A stretch of DNA of 64,000 bases from an uncultured Clostridiaceae bacterium (GTDB lineage Bacteria; Bacillota; Clostridia; TANB77; CAG-465), in NCBI GenBank assembly GCA_947169155.1, contig CAMVON010000006.1, forward strand, positions 987 to 64,986, written 5' to 3'. A program made the position numbers and the translations under genes. The notes below the pieces were generated by a model. It worked only from the letters and a program-made list of their open reading frames with translations. It did no database searches and had not been told where the DNA came from. Of the stretch, positions 28,410-38,226 are shown in pieces. Within the stretch, counting starts at the first letter, position 1; each line of letters opens with the position of its first letter.

Positions 28410-28949
28410 ATGAACCTTAAAGAAACATATAAAGCTGAAGTTGTACCTGCTATGATGAAAAAATTCGGATATAAATCAATTATGCAAGTACCAAAGCTAG
28501 ATAAAATAGTTATAAACATGGGTGTTTCAGAAGTTAAAGATAACTCTAAAGCATTAGACGTTGCTATGGGTGAACTTGAATTAATCGCTGGACAAAAACC
28601 TGTTGTTACTAAAGCTAAAAAATCTATAGCTGCTTTCAAATTAAGAGAAGGTATGAATATAGGATGCAAAGTAACACTTAGAGGAACAAAAATGTACGAT
28701 TTTGCTACAAAATTCTTTAACGTAGCACTTCCACGTGTAAGAGATTTTAAAGGTGTAAACCCTAACTCTTTTGATGGAAAAGGAAACTATAACATGGGAG
28801 TAAAAGAACAAATTATTTTCCCTGAAATAGAATATGATAAAATTGATAAAGTAAGAGGAATGGATATCGTATTTGTAACAACTGCAAATACTGATGAAGA
28901 AGCTTACGAATTATTAAAACTTCTAGGCTTACCATTCGCTGAAAAGTAA
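28410..28949 (+). CDS. rplE: 50S ribosomal protein L5
   Basis: [22 protein letters not shown]... Confidence 0.97.
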   Translation: MNLKETYKAEVVPAMMKKFGYKSIMQVPKLDKIVINMGVSEVKDNSKALDVAMGELELIAGQKPVVTKAKKSIAAFKLREGMNIGCKVTLRGTKMYDFATKFFNVALPRVRDFKGVNPNSFDGKGNYNMGVKEQIIFPEIEYDKIDKVRGMDIVFVTTANTDEEAYELLKLLGLPFAEK

Positions 28950-28962
28950 GGGAGGACTTGAG

Positions 28963-29148
28963 ATGGCAAAGAAATCTATGATAGCTAAACAACAAAGAGA
29001 ACCAAAGTTTAGCACAAGATATTATAACAGATGTAAAATATGTGGAAGACCACACTCTTACATGAGAAAATATGGAATATGCCGTTTATGCTTTAGAAAA
29101 TTAGCATATCAAGGAGATATACCAGGTGTTAAAAAAGCAAGCTGGTAG
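28963..29148 (+). CDS. rpsN: 30S ribosomal protein S14 type Z (zinc-binding)
   Basis: A 61-aa protein with [20 protein letters not shown]. Confidence 0.95.
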   Translation: MAKKSMIAKQQREPKFSTRYYNRCKICGRPHSYMRKYGICRLCFRKLAYQGDIPGVKKASW

Positions 29149-29167
29149 AAAAGGAGGAATAAAGGCA

Positions 29168-29560
29168 ATGAATACAACAGATCCAATTGCAGACATGTTA
29201 ACTAGAATAAGAAATGCTAACGCACAAAGACATGCAACAGTTGACGTTCCTTATTCTAAAGAAAAGGAAGCAATAGCTAATATTTTAGTTGCTGAAGGTT
29301 TTGTTGAGACTGCAGATATTATCGAAGACAATCACAAAACAATCAGAATAACATTAAAATATAAAGATAATGTTAAAGTTTTACAAGGTTTAAAAAGAAT
29401 TAGTAAACCTGGTTTAAGAATATATGCAAGTGTAGAAGATCTACCTAGAGTATTAAATGGTTTAGGTATTGCAATCATTTCTACATCAAAAGGAATTATG
29501 ACAGACAAAGCTGCAAGAAACGCTAACGTTGGTGGCGAAGTTATAGCATATGTTTGGTAA
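29168..29560 (+). CDS. rpsH: 30S ribosomal protein S8
   Basis: [17 protein letters not shown]...; RBS aggagg at 29152-29157. The ORF-track start at 29126 is a GTG inside rpsN. Confidence 0.95.
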   Translation: MNTTDPIADMLTRIRNANAQRHATVDVPYSKEKEAIANILVAEGFVETADIIEDNHKTIRITLKYKDNVKVLQGLKRISKPGLRIYASVEDLPRVLNGLGIAIISTSKGIMTDKAARNANVGGEVIAYVW

Positions 29561-29585
29561 TAAGAAATAAAGGAGGGTATACCAA

Positions 29586-30122
29586 ATGTCAAGAATAGGT
29601 AAAAATCCTATCACAATACCAGCTGGTGTTGAAGTTAAAGTTGAAGGACATACAGTTACAGTTAAAGGACCTAAAGGCACATTAACACAAGAATTCTTAC
29701 CTTATGTTAATATTGCTGTTGAAGGAACAGAAATTAACGTTACAATAGACAATGAAGCTCACGGAAACATTCATGGTCTAACTAGAACATTAATAAACAA
29801 TATGGTAATTGGTGTTACTAACGGATTTGAAAAAACACTAGAAGTAAATGGTGTAGGATACAGAGCACAAAAACAAGGTAACAAATTAGTACTTACTGTA
29901 GGTTTCTCTCATCCAGTAGAAATTGCTGAAGTTGAAGGAATTACTATAGATGTACCAAATCCAAATACAATAGTAGTAAAAGGAATTGACAAACAATTAG
30001 TTGGTCAAGTTGCTGCTAATATTAGAGAAAAGAAACTACCTGAACCATATAAAGGTAAAGGAATTAAATATGCTGGCGAAAGAATAATCAGAAAAGAAGG
30101 AAAAGCTGGCGGTAAAAAATAA
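29586..30122 (+). CDS. rplF: 50S ribosomal protein L6
   Basis: [19 protein letters not shown]... Confidence 0.97.
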   Translation: MSRIGKNPITIPAGVEVKVEGHTVTVKGPKGTLTQEFLPYVNIAVEGTEINVTIDNEAHGNIHGLTRTLINNMVIGVTNGFEKTLEVNGVGYRAQKQGNKLVLTVGFSHPVEIAEVEGITIDVPNPNTIVVKGIDKQLVGQVAANIREKKLPEPYKGKGIKYAGERIIRKEGKAGGKK

Positions 30123-30150
30123 TCTTAGAAGTTAAGGAGGGAGTCTTAAG

Positions 30151-30510
30151 ATGATAAATAAGACAGATAGAAAAGCTACTAGAGCTATTAGACAAAAAAG
30201 AGTTAGAACTAAAGTTCAAGGTACTTCTATGAGACCAAGACTATGTGTATTTAAATCAAATGAAAATATTTATGCACAAGTTATTGATGACGAAAAACAA
30301 GTAACTTTAGTTAGCGCATCAACTCTAGATAAAGAAGTTAAAACTAAAGCATCTAATGTTGAAGCAGCTACTGAAGTTGGTAAATTAGTCGCTGAACGTG
30401 CTAAAAAAGCTAAAATAAACACTGTAGTCTTTGATAGAAATGGTTACTTATACCATGGAAAAGTTAAAGCATTAGCAGAAGCAGCTAGAGAAGCTGGATT
30501 AGAATTCTAA
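30151..30510 (+). CDS. rplR: 50S ribosomal protein L18
   Basis: [29 protein letters not shown]. Confidence 0.95.
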   Translation: MINKTDRKATRAIRQKRVRTKVQGTSMRPRLCVFKSNENIYAQVIDDEKQVTLVSASTLDKEVKTKASNVEAATEVGKLVAERAKKAKINTVVFDRNGYLYHGKVKALAEAAREAGLEF

Positions 30511-30527
30511 TGAAAGGAGAAACTAAA

Positions 30528-31019
30528 ATGGCAGAAACTAAAACTGAATTAAAAGAAAAAGTTGTTAATGTAAGTAGAGTTGCTAAAGTTGTTAAAGGTG
30601 GTAGAACTTTTAGATTTAGTGTAATGGTTGTTGTTGGTGACGAAAATGGTCACATCGGCGTAGGTACAGGAAAATCTTCAGAAGTTCCAGAAGCTATCAA
30701 AAAAGCAACTGAAGATGCTAAGAAAAACTTAGTTGAAGTATCACTAGTAAATGGTACTTTACCTCATGAATATACAACAAACTTTGGTTCATCTAAAGTT
30801 ATATTAAAACCAGCAGTTGAAGGTACTGGAATTATCGCCGGTGGTGCGGTTAGACCAGTTCTAGAACTTGCAGGGGTTAAAAACGTAACAGCTAAAACTC
30901 TTGGTTCTCGTAATAGTAGAAATATTGTATATGCTACAGTTAAAGCATTACAAGCTATGAGAACACCAGAAGAAGTTGCAAAACTTAGAGGAAAAACAGT
31001 AGAAGAAATACTTAAATAA
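30528..31019 (+). CDS. rpsE: 30S ribosomal protein S5
   Basis: [20 protein letters not shown]...; the start is at 30528 after RBS aaaggag. Confidence 0.95.
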   Translation: MAETKTELKEKVVNVSRVAKVVKGGRTFRFSVMVVVGDENGHIGVGTGKSSEVPEAIKKATEDAKKNLVEVSLVNGTLPHEYTTNFGSSKVILKPAVEGTGIIAGGAVRPVLELAGVKNVTAKTLGSRNSRNIVYATVKALQAMRTPEEVAKLRGKTVEEILK

Positions 31020-31064
31020 TGATATAATGATTACTAGTAATTGATAAGAGAGGAGGAAGCTTGA

Positions 31065-31505
31065 ATGAAGATACACGAATTAGCCCCAGCATACGGTGCT
31101 ACAACTACCTCTAAAAGAGTAGGAAGAGGTATTGGAAGTGGTCTTGGAAAAACAGCTGGAAAAGGACACAAAGGTCAAAAAGCTAGAACAGGCGGAAAAA
31201 TTAGAAGAGGATTTGAAGGTGGACAAACACCTTTATATAGAAGATTACCTAAAAGAGGATTCAAAAATCACTTTGCTAAAGAATACGCTGTTGTTAACTT
31301 AAGTGATTTAGAAAAATTTGAAAACGGAACTACAGTTAACGCTGAATTATTACTTTCAGAAGGAATAATTAGAAAAGAATTAGATGGCGTTAAAGTATTA
31401 GGTAATGGAACATTAACTAAAAAATTAACTGTTGTAGCTGCAAAATTCTCAAAAACTGCTGAAGAAAAAATACAAGCTGCAGGTGGAAAGACTGAGGTGA
31501 TGTAG
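31065..31505 (+). CDS. rplO: 50S ribosomal protein L15
   Basis: [30 protein letters not shown]...; it follows S5 directly after a 45-nt gap, so there is no rpmD (L30) gene. Confidence 0.95.
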   Translation: MKIHELAPAYGATTTSKRVGRGIGSGLGKTAGKGHKGQKARTGGKIRRGFEGGQTPLYRRLPKRGFKNHFAKEYAVVNLSDLEKFENGTTVNAELLLSEGIIRKELDGVKVLGNGTLTKKLTVVAAKFSKTAEEKIQAAGGKTEVM

Positions 31506-31506
31506 T

Positions 31507-32817
31507 ATGTTAGATAACATCAAACAAATATTCTCAGTTAAAGATATTAGAAAGAAACTTTTATTTACTTTCGCAATATTATTAATATTTAGAATAGGTA
31601 CTTTTATTACAATACCTGGTCTAGATAAAATTACAATAAATCAACAATTAGGTGCAAGTAATGGTTTAACTGCAATGATCAACCTAATTTCTGGTGGAGC
31701 ATTTAGCAGATTATCTATATTCTCAATGACTATAGGACCATACATTACAGCATCAATTGTATTAAACTTATTACAATTTGTAATACCAAGTCTTGAAAGA
31801 CTAGCTAAAGAAGGAGAAACTGGAAGAAAGAAACTTGGAAAGTATACTAAATATTTAACAATTGCTTTTGCACTTATTGAAGGTTTAGGTTTATACTTTA
31901 CATATAGAGCTTACTTACTAGCTCCATTAACATATGGTGCAGGTAAAGTTCTAGGATTATTCATATTCCTTATTTCTCTAATGGCTGGTACTTCACTATT
32001 AACATGGCTTGGAGATAAAATAACTGAATATGGAATCGGAAACGGTATTTCAATGATAGTATTCTTTGGTATCGTTGCTGGACTTCCAACTACTATTAGA
32101 GCATTCTGGAATCTTGGAGGAGCTGGATTTACAGGAATCCTTGTATTCGCACTTTTAATGGTAGGATTAATCGCAGTAATTACAGGAGTTGTATTTGTTC
32201 AAAAAGCTGAACGTAGAATTCCAGTAAACTATGCAAAAAGAGTTGTAGGTAGAAAAATGTACGGTGGACAAAGCACACACATTCCTATCAAACTAGCTAT
32301 GGCAGGAGTTATGCCACTTATATTTGCAATGTCATTTATGTCATTCCCAAGTATAATAATTAGCTTAGTTACAGATACTACACAATTATCTGGATTCTGG
32401 GGTGGAGTATATAAACTATTTACAGCATCTCAAGGTAGCCATTGGGGTTACTTACTTGGATATGCATTAATCTATATGGCATTAATTATTGTATTTACAT
32501 TTGTTTATACAATGTTCATAATTAATCCAGTAGAAATTGCTAACAATTTAAAGAAAAATGGTGGATTTATACCAGGAATTAGAGCTGGTAAAAATACATC
32601 AGACTATATAAATAACGTTCTAATTAAAATTACAGCTGCAGGTTCAATTTTCTTAGCTGCAATTGCAATTTTACCAATAATTTTACAAGCTTTCACAAGC
32701 CAATCTGTTTCATTTAGTGGAAACTCAATACTTATCTTAGTAAGTGTTGGATTAGAAGTACTAAGTACAATAGAAGCGCAAATGGTAAGCAGAAATTATT
32801 CAGGATTCTTAGGATAA
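31507..32817 (+). CDS. secY: Preprotein translocase subunit SecY
   Basis: A 436-aa, 10-TM protein in the spc-operon position. Confidence 0.95.
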   Translation: MLDNIKQIFSVKDIRKKLLFTFAILLIFRIGTFITIPGLDKITINQQLGASNGLTAMINLISGGAFSRLSIFSMTIGPYITASIVLNLLQFVIPSLERLAKEGETGRKKLGKYTKYLTIAFALIEGLGLYFTYRAYLLAPLTYGAGKVLGLFIFLISLMAGTSLLTWLGDKITEYGIGNGISMIVFFGIVAGLPTTIRAFWNLGGAGFTGILVFALLMVGLIAVITGVVFVQKAERRIPVNYAKRVVGRKMYGGQSTHIPIKLAMAGVMPLIFAMSFMSFPSIIISLVTDTTQLSGFWGGVYKLFTASQGSHWGYLLGYALIYMALIIVFTFVYTMFIINPVEIANNLKKNGGFIPGIRAGKNTSDYINNVLIKITAAGSIFLAAIAILPIILQAFTSQSVSFSGNSILILVSVGLEVLSTIEAQMVSRNYSGFLG

Positions 32818-32830
32818 TAATGTATAAAAA

Positions 32831-32862
32831 GGGTGATACTATTTTGTATCATCTTTTTTTGC
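32831..32862 (+). terminator. Hairpin (tgatac-tatttt-gtatca) plus T8 after secY
   Basis: A short stem followed by tcttttttt. Confidence 0.55.
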
Positions 32863-32887
32863 TTTTTAAAAATAGCTAAAATCGCTC

Positions 32888-32916
32888 TTGCATTTTACAT
32901 AAATATATGTTAAAAT
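32888..32916 (+). promoter_or_regulatory. Sigma-A type promoter TTGCAT-17-TAAAAT for helD
   Basis: -35 at 32888-32893 and -10 at 32911-32916. Confidence 0.45.
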
Positions 32917-32949
32917 GTGAAAGCGTTTTTGAATATAAAGGAGGGTATC

Positions 32950-35061
32950 ATGGAAGATTTAGAGTATGAAAAGCAAAAACTTGAAAATGTTGAGTCAAAT
33001 TTGGAAGACATTCAAAAGGGAGAAGAAGAAATTCTTAGGGATTTACCTAAAAAATATGGTAGTAATCCTGTGCTTCTGGCAAATCTAATGAGTACATCAG
33101 CTACTAAAATTGCAAATATACAAAAAATTAAAGAAAAACCGTATTTTGCAAGAATAGATTTTAAGGAAGATAAGAAGAATACTAAAGATAAGCTGTATAT
33201 AGGAAAAATTGGAGTTACAGACTTAAATGGAAGAGTGGTAGTAACTGACTGGAGAGCTCCAGTATCCACATTATACTATGATAGCAATCTAGGACAAGTT
33301 GAATATGATGCACCTTATGGAAAAATTCATGGAGAGTTATCTTTAAAAAGACAAATTATTATTCAAAATAAGAAGATTGAATCAATTTTTGATGTTGATT
33401 CAGTATCGGATGACGAGTTATTGAAACCTTATCTTGGAGCAAGCGCAGATAGTAGACTTAAAAATATAGTTGCTTCAATACAAGGAGAACAAAATGAAAT
33501 TATTCGTAAAAATATTGAAAAGAACTTAATAGTTCAAGGTGTTGCAGGTAGTGGTAAAACTACAGTAGCACTGCATAGAATTGCGTACTTGATGTACAAT
33601 AATTCAGATAAATACAAGGCTAATCAATTTATGGTAATTGGCCCAAACAAATTTTTTATCAATTATATATCTAATGTTTTACCGGATTTGGATGCTTCAA
33701 ATGCGGTACAATTGACGTATGAAGAACTTGCTTCAAATTTTATTGGAGAAAAGATTTCATATGAGGATTCAACTAAAAAGCTAAATGATATTATTGATGG
33801 AAGAGACACAATTTCTAATGTTAAATATAAGACAACACTTGAGTATAAAGATTTACTAGATAAATATTTAAATACTATTGAATATGATATTATTGCAGAT
33901 AATGGTCTTGTAATTAATGATGTTTGCGTATTAACTAAAGATGAAATTTTAGAGGTATATAAGCAAACACAAGGTGAGAGTATAAAGCAAAGATTAGATA
34001 TTGTTGCTCGTAGAATTGCAAATAATATAAAAAATGATGATGAAATCTATTCTAGAGTAAAATCTCAAATGGATGCTTTAGAACTTGCTCAAACAGATGT
34101 TGAACAAAGACGAAAGATAATAAAAAAAGAATTAGATATGCTTAAAGATCTTAATAATACGGGCTTTGAAAAACAATTAAAAAAATTACTAGATATATCT
34201 AATTTAAAAGTAATTCCAATTTACCAAAAATTTGTTGAAAGTGTGGATAACATTCCTGAAATTATACGTAGTTCAACAGTTAAATCTTTAAAATCTAGAG
34301 TAATAGAAAACGAAGATATAGCACCAATTATGTATATAAAATTAAGATATTTTGGAAATGAGGAATTTAAAAATATTAAATGTGTAGTAGTCGATGAAGC
34401 ACAAGACTTTGGCGTGTTTAGTTACTACATTTTAAGAAATGTGCTAAATCAAGCAAATTTTTCAATATTTGGAGATCTTGCTCAAGGCATTTATTCATAT
34501 AGAGCAATAGAAAATTGGCATGATATACAAGATGGCATTTTTGAAGATTCTGAGTACTTAAATCTTAGAAAATCTTATAGAACTTCTATAGAAATAATGA
34601 GTGAGGCTAACAAGATATCTTCTGCAATTAATCTTGGTGAAGCAAAACCAGTAATTAGAGAATCTGGACCTGTTATTAAAACTAAAGTAGATAGTAAATC
34701 TAAAAATGAATATATTGCCAAAAAGGTTAAAGACTATCTAGATGATGGATATAAATCTATTGCTATTGTATATAAAAATCAAACAGAAATGGCAAAAATT
34801 AGTAAATTGTTGAAGGAGAAAAATATAGATAATGAAATAATATACAAGGATCAAGAAAAGTATAATGGTGGAGTTTGTATATTAACTTCATATTTGTCTA
34901 AAGGTCTTGAGTTTGATGTTGTTATTGTTGCAGATTCAGATGAGTCTAATTATGTAAGTAGCAATGTATTAGATATGAAATTACTATATGTTGCAATGAC
35001 TAGAGCACTTCACAAATTAGAGCTTATTTATACAGATAAAATTTGTAAATATTTAGTTTAA
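32950..35061 (+). CDS. helD: HelD (helicase IV-like UvrD/Rep superfamily 1 helicase; RNA polymerase recycling factor)
   Basis: N-terminal coiled region, then VQGVAGSGKTTVALHRIAYLMYN (Walker A) and C-terminal UvrD-like motifs. The start is at 32950 with RBS aaggagg. Confidence 0.8.
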   Translation: MEDLEYEKQKLENVESNLEDIQKGEEEILRDLPKKYGSNPVLLANLMSTSATKIANIQKIKEKPYFARIDFKEDKKNTKDKLYIGKIGVTDLNGRVVVTDWRAPVSTLYYDSNLGQVEYDAPYGKIHGELSLKRQIIIQNKKIESIFDVDSVSDDELLKPYLGASADSRLKNIVASIQGEQNEIIRKNIEKNLIVQGVAGSGKTTVALHRIAYLMYNNSDKYKANQFMVIGPNKFFINYISNVLPDLDASNAVQLTYEELASNFIGEKISYEDSTKKLNDIIDGRDTISNVKYKTTLEYKDLLDKYLNTIEYDIIADNGLVINDVCVLTKDEILEVYKQTQGESIKQRLDIVARRIANNIKNDDEIYSRVKSQMDALELAQTDVEQRRKIIKKELDMLKDLNNTGFEKQLKKLLDISNLKVIPIYQKFVESVDNIPEIIRSSTVKSLKSRVIENEDIAPIMYIKLRYFGNEEFKNIKCVVVDEAQDFGVFSYYILRNVLNQANFSIFGDLAQGIYSYRAIENWHDIQDGIFEDSEYLNLRKSYRTSIEIMSEANKISSAINLGEAKPVIRESGPVIKTKVDSKSKNEYIAKKVKDYLDDGYKSIAIVYKNQTEMAKISKLLKEKNIDNEIIYKDQEKYNGGVCILTSYLSKGLEFDVVIVADSDESNYVSSNVLDMKLLYVAMTRALHKLELIYTDKICKYLV

Positions 35062-35107
35062 GATAAAAAAAGATAGTGACCTTAAAATCACTATCTATTT
35101 TTTTTGA
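35062..35107. terminator. Strong bidirectional terminator (agatagtga-ccttaaaa-tcactatct) shared by helD (+) and the SASP gene (-)
   Basis: A 9-bp perfect stem flanked by A7 upstream and T9 downstream. Confidence 0.85.
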
Positions 35108-35112
35108 TTTAA

Positions 35113-35328
35113 TTAGTTATTTGAATTGTTTTGCATTTGGTTTGCAGCGTTAGCTACAAGTCTTTTAACCATTTCACCACCAACTGAACCAGCTTCTTTA
35201 GATGTTAAATCTCCATTATATCCTTGTTTAAGATTTACTCCGATTTCGTTTGCAACTTCATATTTGAATTTGTCTAAAGCTGCTTTAGCTTGTTTGTTAG
35301 TCATTTTGCTATTTGTAGAGTTAGCCAT
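35113..35328 (-). CDS. Small acid-soluble spore protein, alpha/beta type
   Basis: KFKYEVANEIGV...GYNGDLTSKEAGSVGGEMVKRLV is the alpha/beta-SASP signature. The start is at 35328 with RBS ggaggtg. Confidence 0.9.
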   Translation of the reverse strand: MANSTNSKMTNKQAKAALDKFKYEVANEIGVNLKQGYNGDLTSKEAGSVGGEMVKRLVANAANQMQNNSNN

Positions 35329-35376
35329 GTTTGAATTCACCTCCAATTTAAGTATTAAAGTGTTAACACTTTACAT

Positions 35377-35408
35377 TAGTAATGTGTGCAAATTTTTATT
35401 ATTCATAC
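35377..35408 (-). promoter_or_regulatory. Forespore-type (sigma G/F-like) promoter GTATGAATA-N15..18-CATTACTA upstream of the SASP gene
   Basis: The minus-strand read agtatgaataataaaaatttgcacaCATTACTA fits the sigma-G consensus GHATR-N17-18-CATNNTA. Confidence 0.4.
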
Positions 35409-35451
35409 TAAAAAAAGTTTAAATTATTATTTAAAATAATAATTTGAAAAT

Positions 35452-35458
35452 TTCGACA
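35452..35458 (+). promoter_or_regulatory. Perfect Spo0A-box heptamer TTCGACA (reverse complement TGTCGAA) about 30 nt upstream of the spo0A -35
   Basis: Exact match to the 0A-box consensus. A single 7-mer can occur by chance in 64 kb, so this is suggestive only. Confidence 0.3.
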
Positions 35459-35488
35459 AAAATAGTGCACGAAAAATTGCTTTTTTAC

Positions 35489-35517
35489 TTGATTTTACTC
35501 GCTTTCAATTGTATAAT
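35489..35517 (+). promoter_or_regulatory. Sigma-A type promoter TTGATT-17-TATAAT for spo0A
   Basis: -35 at 35489-35494 and -10 at 35512-35517. Confidence 0.5.
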
Positions 35518-35556
35518 AGTGTTGCTTTATAGGATAGACTGGAAATGGAGCACAAA

Positions 35557-36345
35557 ATGGATAATAAAAATAATTTTAAAATTATGATTGTTGATGATAA
35601 CAAAGAATTTGTTAAATTATTAAATATGTACATCAACACACAAAAAGATATGATTGCGCTTGATCCTTTATATGATGGAACAAACGCAGTTTCAGCCATA
35701 AAACAGTCGAAACCAGATGTATTACTACTAGATGTAGTAATGCCAGAAAAGGATGGCCTTACTGTACTTGAAGAATTAAATGATGAAGTGGGTATGGACA
35801 AGCCAACTATTATTATGATGTCTGCAATAGGACAAGAAAAGATTACTCAAAAAGCTATATCACTAGGTGCTACATACTATGTAGTTAAACCTTTTGATAT
35901 GATTACTCTAGTAGATAGAATTAGAGATATTTTAACAGAAACAGAAGAAGTTAAAAATGAATTTATGGTAGCATATGGTAATAAAAATTTACCAATTGAG
36001 GTAAGAGTTACTCAAATGATACATGATGTTGGTGTGCCAGCTCATATTAAAGGATATCAATATATTCGTGAAGCTATCATTTTGGCGGTAGAAAATGAAG
36101 ACATACTTAATTCTGTTACTAAATCATTATATCCAACTCTATCTTCAAAATTTAATACAACGCCATCTCGTGTTGAAAGAGCAATTAGACATGCTATTGA
36201 GGTTGCTTGGAATAGAGGACAAATAGAAATGCATGAAAAGATTTTTGGGTATACAGTTAACTCAAACAAAGGAAAGCCAACTAATTCAGAATTCATTGCT
36301 ATGATAGCAGATAGAATAAGATTATCTGAAAAAGTTGCAGTATAG
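35557..36345 (+). CDS. spo0A: Stage 0 sporulation protein A (master sporulation response regulator)
   Basis: REC domain (IMIVDDNKEF...DVVMPEKDGL), then the Spo0A-specific C-terminal effector domain GVPAHIKGYQYIREAI...SRVERAIRHAIEVAW...KPTNSEFIAMIADRIRL. The start is at 35557 (GGAG 6 nt upstream) or 35545. Confidence 0.9.
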   Translation: MDNKNNFKIMIVDDNKEFVKLLNMYINTQKDMIALDPLYDGTNAVSAIKQSKPDVLLLDVVMPEKDGLTVLEELNDEVGMDKPTIIMMSAIGQEKITQKAISLGATYYVVKPFDMITLVDRIRDILTETEEVKNEFMVAYGNKNLPIEVRVTQMIHDVGVPAHIKGYQYIREAIILAVENEDILNSVTKSLYPTLSSKFNTTPSRVERAIRHAIEVAWNRGQIEMHEKIFGYTVNSNKGKPTNSEFIAMIADRIRLSEKVAV

Positions 36346-36389
36346 TTTTTGAAAAGAAAATATAATGTAAAAATTATATTTTCTTTTTT
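36346..36389 (+). repeat. 44-nt terminator-like hairpin, copy 1 (tttttgaaaagaaaatataat-gtaaaa-attatattttctttttt)
   Basis: A 13-bp perfect stem aagaaaatataat/attatattttctt plus a T-run. Identical to 38227-38270. Confidence 0.85.
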
Positions 36390-36390
36390 A

Positions 36391-36420
36391 TTGTAAAAAG
36401 TTATGTTTTTATTATATAAT
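36391..36420 (+). promoter_or_regulatory. Candidate promoter TTGTAA-18-TATAAT driving the cassette
   Basis: -35 at 36391-36396 and -10 at 36415-36420. Confidence 0.35.
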
Positions 36421-36436
36421 TGTTTTGGTGATAATT

Positions 36437-36544
36437 ATGGGATATTATGGTAGAGGATCTGGACAGATTCAAATTTTAATAAATAAAAATATGCAGTTAG
36501 TTGGTATTAATATGCAAGGTGGACATCATGCTGAACAAGAATAA
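36437..36544 (+). CDS. Small 34-aa ORF with RBS (GGTGA); same frame as, and separated by a single TAA from, the downstream 364-aa ORF
   Basis: MGYYGRGSGQIQILINKNMQLVGINMQGGHHAEQE then TAA at 36542-36544. The frame stays open (FEGDDPELENQSFEDTIVKDSKDIC) up to the annotated ATG at 36620. Confidence 0.3.
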   Translation: MGYYGRGSGQIQILINKNMQLVGINMQGGHHAEQE

Positions 36545-36619
36545 TTTGAAGGAGACGATCCAGAGCTAGAAAATCAATCTTTTGAAGATACTATAGTAAA
36601 AGATTCAAAAGATATATGC

Positions 36620-37714
36620 ATGGTAAAAACAGAAGACGGAAGAATAATTGTTTTTTCAGGAGATTCTGAACATGAATATACTCCTGAAGAAATACAAGGT
36701 ATTCTTAATGATATTAATTATCATAAGAATGATGATAGAGCTATTTTAGAAAATAGCGGAGCATCAGATTTTGACTTGATGCTTAATATGAAAAAAGATT
36801 TAGAAATTTTAGAAAGTGATAGACCACAAGAAGAAAAAGATATTTTATTAAGTGATAGAAAGTCTATTTATGGTACTTGGGAAAAAGGCGGAAAATTTGC
36901 TATGGTTTCTCAAAATGAACAAGGTGCAAAAGACTTAGCTGAATTATTTGAAAATATTGAAAGAGGCAATGTTTCTGTGTCTACAAATCCATATGTAAAC
37001 AATGAAAATTACAATAATCCTCGTAGTATGTCTTTTACTATTGTAGATAGACTTAAAGAAATGAAAAAGGAAGAACAAGAAATAGAATCTAAAGAAACAT
37101 ACGAAGAAAATGATAAAAAAGATTTAACTCAAGAAGAAATTGAAAATGCTGTTGAAATAGATAATTATAGTGATGCAGATTCTAAATTGTCTAGTAGAAT
37201 TGATGCAATGAACCATCCAGAAGAACAAGATGAAAAATATGAAAAAAATTCAACTAAAAAAGGTGAGATTTTTATTAGTGATGATGAGAACAAAAAAGGT
37301 GAGTATGCAATAGGCGATTTTTTTCAAAATGATGGATATAAGGATGTTTTTGAATTTTATTCTTTAGATGGTAAAGATAAGAGCCTTGGATATTTATCAT
37401 ATTTTGAAAGAACAGGAAAAAGTATTTCTCCTGAAGAAGTTGATAAGCTTAAAGAACAAGTTGAAAAGTATGAACACGAACAATATGAAAAAGAGCAAAA
37501 AGAGTCAGATCTTCAAGAAATGACAGATGAAGAGCTAAAAGAAATTTTTGACAATGAGACACCACAAAAAGAATCTTTATTTAAAATTGCGTCTAGACAA
37601 ACAAAAAAAGCAATAGATAAAATTTCTTCTTTATTCAAATCTAGAATTAAAGATTATAAAGAAAAATCTCAAGATGAACCTAATAAAGATGAGAATGATA
37701 TTGATATAGATTAG
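36620..37714 (+). CDS. Hypothetical highly acidic (E/D/K-rich) protein, possibly the 3' portion of a gene interrupted by an in-frame stop at 36542
   Basis: A 364-aa ORF with no recognised domain and no convincing RBS at its own ATG. Confidence 0.45.
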   Translation: MVKTEDGRIIVFSGDSEHEYTPEEIQGILNDINYHKNDDRAILENSGASDFDLMLNMKKDLEILESDRPQEEKDILLSDRKSIYGTWEKGGKFAMVSQNEQGAKDLAELFENIERGNVSVSTNPYVNNENYNNPRSMSFTIVDRLKEMKKEEQEIESKETYEENDKKDLTQEEIENAVEIDNYSDADSKLSSRIDAMNHPEEQDEKYEKNSTKKGEIFISDDENKKGEYAIGDFFQNDGYKDVFEFYSLDGKDKSLGYLSYFERTGKSISPEEVDKLKEQVEKYEHEQYEKEQKESDLQEMTDEELKEIFDNETPQKESLFKIASRQTKKAIDKISSLFKSRIKDYKEKSQDEPNKDENDIDID

Positions 37715-37723
37715 GAGGTATGT

Positions 37724-38191
37724 ATGGAAAGTACAATATATTTAAATTCACTTTCAGAGTTAAGTGAAATTATAAAAAACTTAGGTGAGAAAATTAGAGC
37801 TAAGATTCCAAATGATGTTATTGATTATATTGAAAATAATAAATCACAAACTTATAAATGGAATTATAATCCTGATTTACCTTTAGATGAACAAAATATG
37901 CTTCCTGAAACAGAAGAACTTTTGACTGCAATATATAGAGATTATATTTGTACAGATGCTGAAAAAGAAAAAGTTGATGAAGTTCTTGTTGATAATGAAA
38001 ATTATATAGAAGAAAGTAATAGAAACGTAATTGAAAACGAAAAAATAGAAAAAAGTCTTAATGTAGATACTATTGCTCAAAATTATAAGTATAGGGAAGA
38101 AGAATTTATTTCTAATTCCCCTGCAATAGTTGAAAAACAAAACTTTTTTGTAAAAATAATTAATAAAATTAAATCTATTTTTAGTAAATAA
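37724..38191 (+). CDS. Hypothetical protein (155 aa)
   Basis: Good RBS taggaggtatgtATG; no recognised domain. Confidence 0.45.
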   Translation: MESTIYLNSLSELSEIIKNLGEKIRAKIPNDVIDYIENNKSQTYKWNYNPDLPLDEQNMLPETEELLTAIYRDYICTDAEKEKVDEVLVDNENYIEESNRNVIENEKIEKSLNVDTIAQNYKYREEEFISNSPAIVEKQNFFVKIINKIKSIFSK

Positions 38192-38226
38192 GCAAATATT
38201 GTTTTTTAATCTAAAAAACAATATAA

